From Lytechinus pictus (lineage: Eukaryota): a DNA stretch of 64,000 bases. Position 1 is the first letter of the stretch; every line of letters starts with the position of its first letter. Positions 12,101-24,100 of this stretch are shown one piece after another. Where the stretch lies: contig NC_087250.1 in assembly GCF_037042905.1 (NCBI RefSeq), positions 22,198,001-22,262,000 of the forward strand, written 5' to 3'. Made by a program: the position numbers and the translations under genes. A model generated the notes under the pieces. That model saw only the letters and a list, made by a program, of their open reading frames with translations. It made no database searches and was not told the DNA's origin.

Positions 12101-15100
12101 GATGTGGCAGATATGGCAAGTTCCGACTCGGAGTCCTCGTATAAGACACAGTAGAAGTCCGGATCTATTCTAAGTTAGTTGAGCCACATGGCTGATCTGC
12201 TTGTTTGTTATGTTAAAACAGTAGTCGAGTACATTTTATTTAAGGTACTTGCCGGCTCAAAACGAAACTCGAATTTCAATTTCATTTTATTTTCCCAGCG
12301 TGTTTGTCCCATTGAAGACACCGTTAGAAAAAAATATAGCACCGAAAAAAAAAAAAATCCCCAAAAATCCAAAACCCGAGTGATTTCGAACGCGACGCGA
12401 CGCGAGTGATTATGATAAGCCTACGGGCCCGTTGTGCATCTCCCCCCCCCCCCCCTGGATCCGCCAGACGAGTGTGTATTAGGAATAGAAGTAGTAGTAT
12501 TAGTAGTAGTAGTAGAGATAAGAAGAGGTTGTAGAGGTAGAAGTAGTAGTAGAAGAAGAAGTAGTAGTAATAGTAGTAGTAGTAGTAGTATATAGTAGTA
12601 GTAGTAGTAGTAGTATATAGTAGTAGTAGTAGTAGTAGTAACAGAAGTAGCAGTTTTTGTTGTAGGAGTAGTAGTCATGGTAGTGTAGTAGTAGTAATAG
12701 TAGTGGTATTAGTAGTTATATAATTAGAAGAAGTGTGCCGTTGTATATTAAAATAAACTCCTCCAATTTTTTTGGAAATCTGAGTTTGAACGATATTCCC
12801 TCCTCGGTTTTAGTAAATATCAATTTGTAATTAATATCATTGAATAGATTAATTAATTATCTTAAAATGATACCCTATATGATATGATTATGGTTCACAT
12901 GGAGGTGCAGTGCCTTGAAATGTGGGGCAAGGTCAAAATTAAAAAGTTGCAAAATGACACAATATTGAAAGTCACTGTCTTTTCCGTGGTGATGAGTGAG
13001 CTTCTCAGCGGTTTCTTTTGTGTTTTTTTGCACCTTAACATCAACATTAACATGGAATCAAACACACCTCTGCACAAGCAAACACATAACAAACATAAAC
13101 AAACATGCATGGGTATTTCACGACTCAAACCATGTTATCTCACAGAACCGTCACTACATAAACCACAACAATACATACAAAATGAAGAAGCAGGGGCTTG
13201 ATTTGAATGGATTTTCATCTCTATTGACACTAGCCTTTTGTCAAGGCCCTCGCGACTTGGCTATATCCTCGTCAGGTAGTGGCTGATACGAGACTAGCGG
13301 CCTGGCGATACCCGATAATTGGCGATAAAAAGTGAACGCGCGAGCCGAACGACTTGTCGTGAGGGCCTTTTAGAACCTGACTTGGATTTCTTATGTTAAC
13401 CATTGTTTCCGAGTCGGAATTGCTACCTGAGAGGTAGCGGCCAATCAGCGAACGTTTCTCGCATGACGTCAGCAATATTAAATATGCAAATATCGACTCT
13501 CGCAATTCATCTTGGCTGCCTCCGAGTCCGAAGAATTATTGCTGAAAAGTACAGAAATTGCATCGCAAATGCTGAAAATATCAGCGTTCAAGGAACTACA
13601 ACTGAGGGCGATTATATTAGTCCTTCGAGGACACGATACGTTCGTAAGTCTCCCCACTGGATATGGCAAAAGTGCCATTTACCAGGCCATCCCGTTGTGC
13701 AAGGATTATCTTCGAAATCAGGTCGCAGGCAACCTCCGACCCCGTCAGCGTCGGGTATAATGAACGAACCACGATGGCAGGCAGTGTGAAACTGCTGTTC
13801 TGATTGGTCAATATTCGGAGGGAGACTAATTAGCATGCTCATGAATAATTCATAGCAAGCGGTGAAACCCAGGTTCTAAAAGGCCTTCACGACAAGTCGT
13901 TCGGCTCGCGCGTTCACTCGGGTATCGCCAGTAATCTTCGTAGGCCGCTAGTCTCGTTTCAGCCACTACCTGACTAGGATAGAGCCAAGTCGCGAGGGCC
14001 TTGACAAAAGGCTATATTGACACAGACAAAATAATCATGTTTCAATATTGACCCTTTATGACTACTTCTACTCGTTTTGCAGCTTTTCAATTCAGACCTT
14101 ATCCAACATTTGTTAATCCTGCTCTTTTTGTGATGGCATGATCATATAAAAAAACATGGTATCATTTAAAAGGAGATTAAATTATCTTTTGACTGATATC
14201 AAATATGCATTGTGTAAAATTGGGAGTTGGAAGAAATAAATGGCCAAACTCAGATTTCCAAACTTTTTTCTGCTCGTTTTGCAGCCTTTCAATTCAGACC
14301 TCATCCAACACTTTTGAATCCTGCTCTTTTCGTGATGGCATGATCATAACAAGCATGGTATCATTTAAAAGAAAATTAAATGATCTTTTGAATGATGTCA
14401 AATATGCATTGTGTAAAATTGGGAGTTGGGAGAAATTGATGGCCAAACTCAGATTTCCAAACGTTTTTTGAGGGGTTAGTATTGTATTATCACTTTACTA
14501 TTCCAGGGATTGGAGTTCTATCACAATGAGATGCATTTAGTAGCTCTAATTGCGATTGGTTTAATTTCATGCAAAGGGTTTGTAGAATAACTATTTTATG
14601 TTACGTATACGTATTAGCCTTCATGTAGGCCTATCATTATCGGAAGGCCATGTTTCATGACATCATCTTACCGCTGGACAGGACTCATCCCTTAGTGTAA
14701 TTTTCAAGTCATGCAATTCACTGTTGTCGGATTGTTTTGCTGAAATTACACAACATACGTCTTTTCCAAAAAAATGCTTGCCCATGTTGAATACCGCAAA
14801 CCACTTGCAAAATTCGGCAATATGCAAATGTAACACTTTCTCGCGTACAACCACTGCAGGAATGTCTTGGACATTATCAGAAATCAAGTCGATTGTTGTC
14901 ATCTCGCCATCTGAAATTAAGAAATTCGAAGGTTTGTATTTAATTTTTTTTCACGAGGGGTGACGTCGTATAAAACTTGGAAGAAAGTACTATTTTGTAC
15001 TTGTAATCTTAACAAAGGCAATACATATGTTTTAAGGCTACGGAATACTTAAAATTCATTTAAAATGTTAACCAAACACGATATGTGGAGTTGTGCAAAC

Positions 15101-18100
15101 TAAATCATTTTATCATTCACATTACCAAGTCCATAATGAATGCATCATATCACCATTATATAATACCATTAATACAAGAATGAATATAAATGTTTGATAT
15201 GCAGAACCTCAGAGTGAAAATATAGTTTATGATATCCAGAACCTTAGTCTTTAAAAATTGTTTGACATAACTAATTGGACTTACCATGGCAATGATAGAG
15301 AACCATTTGCATTGGTGATGCATCGGTTATCCTGGCACAGTGGGGCAACTTGATTTGAACGGGTTTCTTGAATTTAAGACCACCTGGCTTGAGCTCCACG
15401 CCGAAGCTCGCCAACATTTCTCCTTCTCTTAGCCATGGTCCAGATGGGCCTTCAATTAATTTAATGCTTATCTCTTGATCATCATCAAGTGCACCAGGTG
15501 GTATCATCATATGGGTGTTGTATATGTTGAGATCAATTTGTCCCCCTTCTGGTCCTATGACTTTCCTGCCAGAGCGTCTAATGTCCTCGCCTTTATGATC
15601 TAGAGCTAATATCGATTACAAGAATGAAGATACTATGAATTAATATTTCGATGGGGGCTGAATTATACTACAAATACATGCATCAAGTTAACAGGCTCCA
15701 TTTCTAGACAAATAAGCAGTCAGTACTTTGTTGAAACGGTTATTGTTAAATATACATGTATCCTCAATTTAGACTTAAATTGACATCCCAGACCTAACAG
15801 TAATCACCAATTTCATGGTATGAAAATGGGAAGACGCAATTAGCAGACGAGATAAAACATGCGGAACTCATTCTGAAAAAACAATAACATATGATTCTGC
15901 CCCATTCCGATTTTTTTTTTAAGAATATCCTTGACATGTGGAACGTTTCAGATCATGGCTACACTTTGTTCAACTGCTTAACATCGAAATAAAAAGAATG
16001 GAAAAACAAATTACCGGCTAGTGCATCAGATCTCTCTTCTTCGGGTATCCTATTTTGAAAGATACAAATGATAAAATTAAGGTAAGACTTAACGGTTTAC
16101 TTCAGCTGATTATTCGAGCATCAAAAACATTTCAAGCTTGAGGCTTGAACTAAAATCTCAACTTAAGATTATTTCATTCTCCTTAAACTTGAGCCCAAAA
16201 AGTTATTCTACACCTGTAAAATCGTTGGGAAATTAATGAGCGAATCTTTAACCGACATTGCATAACATTTACTGTCCACTATTGCTTAAAGGACAAGTCC
16301 AACCCAACAAAAAGTTGATTTGAATAATAAAAAAAATCAAACAGGCATAACACTGAAAATTTCATCAAAATCGGATGTAAAATAAGACAGTTATTACATT
16401 TTAAAGTTTCGCTTAATTTCACAAAACAGTTATATGCACATCCCGGTTGGTATGCAAACGAGGGAACTGATGACATCACTCACTCACTATTTATTTTGTA
16501 TTTTATTACATGAAATATGAAATATTCTAATTTTCTCCTCATTTTCCTGTGAAACAAAGTTTTATTTCTCCCTGAACATGTTGAATTACCATTGTTTAAC
16601 ATTTTATGGGTGAGACAAGTTGGTCCTTATTGCAAATTATGCAAAAGGAAAATGGACAACTAAAATTCCCCCACCTTTTGTATGACTAGTGATAATAGTG
16701 ATGTTCAAGGCAAAATTACACAACCATCGAATGCCAACAAAAATTACCCACCTACTGGTTATGGGATGAGAGTTCACAACTCTTATCCTCATATAATGCT
16801 GGTAAAATGTCAAATATTTGAGTAAAGTTAATCACTCAATGATGGTTAAATAACTTGATTTTTTTAACCAACATAACATTTAACAACAAATTTGCCAACA
16901 TTTTAGTAATCTATTTGGAAAAGTAGTAACAAATTTTATTGGCACTTCTACCCCCTCCCCCTCTCTCTCTCTCTCTCTATTCCTCTCTTTCACACACACT
17001 CACTTGAATCTGCACTATACACTCTAACCTGTTTCCATTTCACTTCATCTACTTTTCCACTCAACATTTTACTCTCAGATCTAGTCAGGTTTACTAGTTA
17101 TATATAAATGCGATATACAGGCTAGATACATGTAACAGAAATGGTGGAAGTACGGTCAACATCGGAATACCGAAAGTTTTTGATACCTTAAAACAAGAAG
17201 CTGCCAGATCTTGTTGCAGGCGTAGTGTATCGGTGTGTAACCACTTGAATCAAATATCTCATAGTTGGCTCCCCGATCTAGAAGGTAGACGATAAGCTTC
17301 TCATTCGTTGTAAGTGTTTGGTACTCAGGGTGCACTATTGAAACCTGAAAAGGATGTTATTACATTTATGTTACATAATATAAAAATACTTACCAAGATT
17401 TTCTTATTTACGAGATAACTGGATATACTCATTTGATTTGCTAGTTCATTACGATTAACTTGCACGCCGAATAAAAAGTACACAATTTTCCTGCGCGCGC
17501 GCAGCATCTTCCTATGAACGCACTATCCAAAGATCATCGCGCAAATTGGCGTCAATTTCCTCTCATGAGCCTCCACGCAATACATGTTGCAACGCAATGC
17601 GAGGGGTAGGTGGGAGTGTTCAAATGAGTATATCCAGTTATCTCGCAAATAAGAAAATAATGGTAAGTATTTTCATAATTTACTATCAATAACTGGGATA
17701 TACTCATTTGATTTGCGAGACCAACACGGATTCAACGTGAAGGGAGGCATGTCTAGACTAAGAAAGTGCGTACAAAATAGGGAGATGAAGACACGAAGGC
17801 CGCTGCCTTAAGGACAGAGGAGGCAAATAAGGCCTCATGCGAAGTAAAGTCCTTAAGTACAAGGAAGTGAAGGAATTAGGAGAGCGCCAAAAGGCGGTCC
17901 TCAAGATGTCGTCTACGACGATTCCATTGAAAAGAGCCTCAAGAAGAAGCGATACTTTAGTATCATGGGCCCTCGGCCTAGTGTCAGAAGGAGAACATCA
18001 TCACCAACTGACTTGATCGTTTCAACAATCCAGCGTGAAATGATATCTCGAGAAGCTGCCGCGAACGGTTCGCGCGACAAAACAACCAACTAAACAGAGT

Positions 18101-21100
18101 TGGGAATTGTCTGAAGAATGGCAAACAAAGACAAGGGTAAGAAGTCACGCCTAATCTACGCCAATCCCGACAAATGTCCGGGAGCGATGCATAAGTATGC
18201 AAAGCTACGTACTGTAAATGGTTACAGATAAACGGATACAAGAGGGATCTCGACTGATAGACAGACGAAAGATACCCTGAATACCGACCCAAGAGGGAGT
18301 TAGTCAAGCGTCAAGAACGACCGACAGGCGCCATGACGGACTAAACCATACAAGCTCAACGTTTGAGAAGATACTCAAGAGTTTGTAAGATTCGGATTGA
18401 AGGTATTAATCATCCGTAACCGGAGGGATGATAATCGCCGATGATCAATAAACGATCCGACTTTGTTGAAAAAATCGACAAGAATCGTGATCGGAAGACT
18501 GAAACTTGTACGGTTCAGTGAGTGATCAATCAATCAAACCGAGAAGGCAAAAGTGGGGCTAATAAAAACCACGATCGGGTCACCGGCTTAATAAAATGAA
18601 GCCAAGCCGCAGCAATGCAAACGTAATGAATGCGAGATATCTCAGAAGCCCCCGCGTGGGAGAAAGCGCCCAGAAGTCGATCTCTGTCTCAAATGCGTGA
18701 GGGCAGAACATCTGCAGAATTCTGATAGAGAGCTGTGGCAGGACGTTTCCAGCGGTCCGATAAGGACATGGAACGGCAGAGAGTAAGGTTGAAGTAAACC
18801 ACTCGTAAGGCAGTCAATGTGTCGAGAAAAACGACTGAGTGCCATCCTGTTAATAAAGAAACTGCCACGGACCTGCTGTCTATGTGGAATAGAACAGTCT
18901 GGTCAAACAGCTCAACTGGGCGTGTCGGAGAAAAAAAGCGGCTCGCATCACGACATAACATGTGTGATAGACCGAGCGGTCGAGAGAGGACCCCGGATCC
19001 GATAGGTTGCCCTCTCAAAAACAGCCAAACATTCTCACGAGAGAAGAAAGGCATGCGGTATGTAAGAAATTCTTAACTCCAATCTACAGGCCCGCCTAGG
19101 GGGTAGAATGGAGAGAGTTACCGCTGAAAGAGCCGTCGCCGTAAGCGATGCCCGGTCAAACTATGAAGCTTGACGTAGAGGGCGAATTCCGAATTCGGGA
19201 GTACCTGCATATTAATGGGGGATACCCATGCAGGTGAACTCGCCGACGGCTCCCCAGAGTGCGGGCTGGCGGGAGAAATCTCAATCCGCTCAATGCCCGA
19301 CACCGGCAATAAGACCGACAGAAAGCAGCAAAGCGACTTTCGGGGGCTTGACGACTTGCTGGGTGAGCCCAATACGTCGGCAGCACCTGTACATATTGTG
19401 AAATCACCCGTGCGGGTGAAAGGGCCGGCAATTTCATAGAAAAGGGCCGGCAGCTGGTGCGATGCTGCTGATAAGCCCGGCCGTCGCGTAGCGGCGGTCT
19501 ATAGTGACGGAGAACACGAGGGTAAGAACCCGTAATGCTCGGGGACGTATTGATGCAACCTGTAAGGATGCAAAGTCCAGCCGTCGGTCACCGAGAGCTT
19601 GCCGACATGTTGGGGCTTGAAAGCCGTATGTCGGAAGCACCTGCATAGAAACGGGGGTCACCGTGTAGGTGAGCAGCGTTTCAATAAAAGCCCGGCGTGA
19701 GAGGTGACTGCTTGAACCGCACGGTGCTTAGCACGGCGGCTGAAGCTGACATGAAGCGTGGGGGGAATTACCCGCACTGCTCGTGGGCGTGTGAAGCAAC
19801 ATGAGAGTTGCAACGCCTGACCCACAATTATCGGGAGTCTGGTGACATAATGGGGGGGGGGGATTTCCCTTGCAGGTTCGTGAGCCGGCGAATCATGAAA
19901 TTGCCGGTGACTCTCCGAGGTGTGAAATGGCGAATGTCTGCTTGACCTGCCCGGTGCTCGACACGGCGGTTTTAGCTGACGGGGAGCATGAGGATAAAAA
20001 TCCGTGATGCTCGAGGGCGTTCTGTTGTAACATGAAGTTACAACGCCTGGCCATCGGCACAAGAATCAGAAAGAAAGGTCTGCCCGCGAAGCGGGGTTAG
20101 CGACCTAGAATTTCTTCTTCTTCCTCTTCTATGCGGCCCCCGCCGGGGGGGGGCAGAAGAGGGCACAAGGGACAGGGGGACGTGATATCTCGCATGAGAA
20201 AAGTCACCCAAATCTGATCAAGCCGTTCCGGCACATGAACGCTAATTCCATGGTTCCACCTTTAAGGGCACGTGGACGCGATTCCACGGTTCCACCCTGA
20301 TCAGATAATCATGAGATTGACGGGGTCGAGCTCACGTGTCTCTAGCGACTAGGGGCTGGTAGCCCTTTGCTAATGCTCCCTGACGGAAATTGACAAAGCA
20401 TCGAGCCTAGTCTGTGCCGGGAAAAGAGTCCCACGCTCCTAACCCGGACTTGTCGGACCCGATAGCCGGTTGGTCAGTAGTACAACACTCCCGAAAATAG
20501 GTTCAGGTCCCGTCGATGGAGCCTTGGCTATCACCTTTCAGGCACGTGGCCGCAGCGCCACGGTTCCACCCTAAAACGCTCGGGCACGTGGGCGCGGTTC
20601 CACCCTCTTGGGCACGTGGACGAGACTCCACGGTTCCCCCCTTTTTTTCAGGGCACGTGAACGCAAACCACGGTTCCACCCTTTATAGAGCCCTACGCAA
20701 AGTGTCTCTCTTGCCCTCATACTCACCGCCGCTGATCACGGGGACAAATACCATGTCTGGTTCTCTCCCAGCGGCAGGTTTGGAGTCCACAAGAGATGAG
20801 TCGAAAGAGCTCATCTACCTGGTAAGTTCTTAACCTGAAAGAACAAAGGGAGGGGCGAAAACAGAGAGGGGGCGGAGGGGTGGGTGGGCAAGAAAGGTCA
20901 CAAAACAAGACCCCTTTCAGAAATCATTAATAAAATTAATAACTCAGGTAATTAACAAACAGGACCAACTTCTTAAACGAAGAGCAGGATCAGCCAAGAA
21001 AAAAACACAAGGTTTTTTTTTTTTTTTTTGGACAAAGGTCGAAAAAGAAACAAGTAATAGGAGCTGATCTGAAAGGAAGAAGTAAAGGCTTACTTCCTTT

Positions 21101-24100
21101 AAACTGAAAAGCCGAAAACTAATTAGCGAAAACAAGGACGCTAATAAAAACAAAAGGAGGGCTTCCCAAAAAAATTTAAGAGAAATTTTTTTTTTAAAGA
21201 CAAGTCCAAAAAAAAAATTAAATACAAAATAATTATTATAATTGATTTATAATTAAACAATTAACCAATCAGTTAATTAAATAATTAATTAATTAATTAA
21301 TCAATCAAGAACAAAAGATTGATTGAAACATAAAGAGAACAATCAACCGACTCAAAATAAGAACAACAACAAAGTTGAAAACAAGTTTGAGAACAAACAA
21401 AGGACGACGCTCCTACCTGTCCAGCATAGCCTAAGCTGTGGAGAGGGAAATAAATAAATTCAATTCAAGACGAGGCAAAGGAGCAAGTCAAGAATTAAAA
21501 GAATTATAAGGGATTATAAAGAAAAAAGGAGGCGTCGCATCAATGCCCGCGGCACGCAGGAGAGCGCGGAGCTGCGGGGAAGGGAAGCGGAGGCAACCCG
21601 TCTGTGAGAAAACGAAACTGACGGTTTGTAACTCACACAGATTATTTGAAGAAAACGTGAATAAATAACACGAAGGCTCCGCGCAAAGAGATATAACTGA
21701 AATCAATCTAAAGCCGAAAGGCAAAGGATTGAAATAGGCAGTAAATATATACATAAATATGTCAACAACGGACATTTTAAAAAAGCAAAGTGGGAGTATA
21801 CTCAGCTTACGTCTGATCACGGCGGCAGGCGAAAGTAAAAGAGGAAATGGACGCCAATTTGCGCGATGATCTTGGGATAGTGCGTTCATAGGGAGATGCA
21901 GCGCGCGCGCATGAAAATGTGTATTTTTTTATTCGGCGTGCAAGTTAATCGTAATGAACTAGCAAATCAAATGAGTATATCCCAGTTATTGATAGTAAAT
22001 TGTATTTTCTCTTTCTATTATTTTTCCAATAGATTTTAAAATAAACATTGTGAAAAAAAATAGGTTTGAATATAGATACCAAAGGGTAGAAAGTCTCTTT
22101 TACAATTATAAACTCCATTTATTGTGAAAAGGGTAAAACAGCATGAATTCTGCATTTTATCCAGAAATAAAATGTTGAACCTGATTATGTTGAGCCATGT
22201 GGCAAAACAATTCAAACGTAGACAGAAAAACCGGTAAAAACAGTAATTGTTTACTGGTTTCCAGTAGAATTATGCTGGACCAGCTAATTTTTATCTGGAC
22301 CAGTAAAAAAAATCCACTGGAGACTGGAGTTTTATCAATACATTTCATTTCAAGCAAAGTAGTACTAGCAGAATGTTTTTTTTTAACAAACTCGTGTTAC
22401 TTGTACAATATATAATATAATGGACCAGTAAGGCCAGTAAGACCAATAAACCGATGTTCCACTTCCAGAGTTACCAGTTGAAATTCTACTGGTCCAGTTG
22501 AACTGAGCCTCAATTTATATTGTCTGTCTAAGTTCATTGGAATTATTTTGACCAATTTACTTCGTTCTGTTGAAAATGAAATAAATTGAAATTGAAGTGA
22601 ATTGAAAAATTAATTGAACTTTGGAACATAATTGAAGTGACCTTGTGAAATATTCCTCACCTGTTCAAAACCAGTTGTATCCTGGACAGTTTTGTCAGAG
22701 CTTCCCCAGACAGTTACTGCTAAATGCAGGCAGGTCTTGCCATCATTGGTTTGAATGTTAATGTTTGCTCCGAATTCCACTAGAGCTTCAATAACTGGTG
22801 AGAATCCACCTTCTACTGCTAGATGAAGCGGTGTTTTCCCTTGAGCGTCTTCCTTGTTAACAAGAGGACCATCCTGTATTCAAATTGATTTAATGGTAGA
22901 AACAGTAAACTGATAACCAAAGAGCGTTAGGGCAATATCATAATTTTAGTTCTATGACCGTGCGATCATGGACCTGGGAAGCGGGGGTGCTGGAGCAACC
23001 CCAAGATTTTCCAAGGGGGTGCTGCCTGTATTATTATCCATAGGCAGCACCTCCCGGAATTCTGGTTGGTGTGTCACATAGGAGAAATGTATGGAAAATG
23101 ACCAACATCTTGTGTTGAAACCCCTTTTTGGCTTATATCAAATTTCTTGGCACCAAAACGACCTTCCTTTTGTAGTTAAACCTTGATTTACTTGTCAAAT
23201 TTACATAGGCGGATCCACGGGGGTCTAAGGGGCCCGGGGCTCCCTATTGGCGGAGCAAAAAAGAGGGGGAAGGCGTTTTAAAAAAGAAAAAAAGGCAAAA
23301 GAGAGGAGAAAATAAGAGGATGAAGAAGAGTGAATAAAATAAGGTGAGGGGATGACTTGGAAAATAAAATTTAAAAAATATTTCATGTCACTATATAAAG
23401 TTTCGCTCGCGCTTCGCATTTGCCTTGCATGTTTGATGAGATAGGCCTGCATGAGATTCTTCCTCAATAGGCTGATATGGAGCTTAAAATATCAAGTTTT
23501 GAAGTCAATATACAAAATATATTTCAGCTCCAACATCGAGCTTTAAACATTTTGTTTGATTTATGAATTGATTTAAAAAAAAGTGCTCTGTAAAATGTCC
23601 ATTTTATTGCATTAGTATCAACATTTTCAGCTTGCGCTGCGTGCTCGCGTTATTTGATTTGTCAGGTACCTATTCTCTTCGTGTATTCCACAAAGATATC
23701 AAAATATCCCTTAATTTTCAGGTTTGATTGTAAAAAACTATCAGCCAGCGTTGCCTATTCGCATTTTGATTGGTGAGTAATATACATCTCAATAATTTCC
23801 TCTATGATAATAAGCAATTTTTAAACAAACTACTTAAAATCCCCTTTTCATGACATTGCAATATGCGCTCTCAATAGTTTGTAAAAAAAATCAATTAACC
23901 CATGCATCCTATTCATAATTACAAAAGTGCTTAAAATATCCAGTTTTCTGGAATTAATGTCAACAAAATTTCGAGCTGTCATTAGGCTCATTAGATTAAC
24001 ATTAACATTTTCATGAATTCCTAATAATTGAATTGTCCTTTTTTCAGAATGGAATATCTCGCAATTTAGGACGAGGAATAGAAGAAAGTCATCATTTCTA

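Noticed and set aside
12421..12678. Poly-T/Y/L ORF
   Set aside because: Translation of the (TAG)n microsatellite.
13512..13760. Host RecQ helicase gene
   Set aside because: Only motif 0/I is present, it starts at TTG, and it is enclosed by TIRs and a 9-bp TSD, so it is transposon cargo.
18000..20900. GC-rich ORFs of 60-134 aa inside the DIRS as genes
   Set aside because: No recognisable motifs; they overlap on both strands as expected for GC-rich decayed element sequence.
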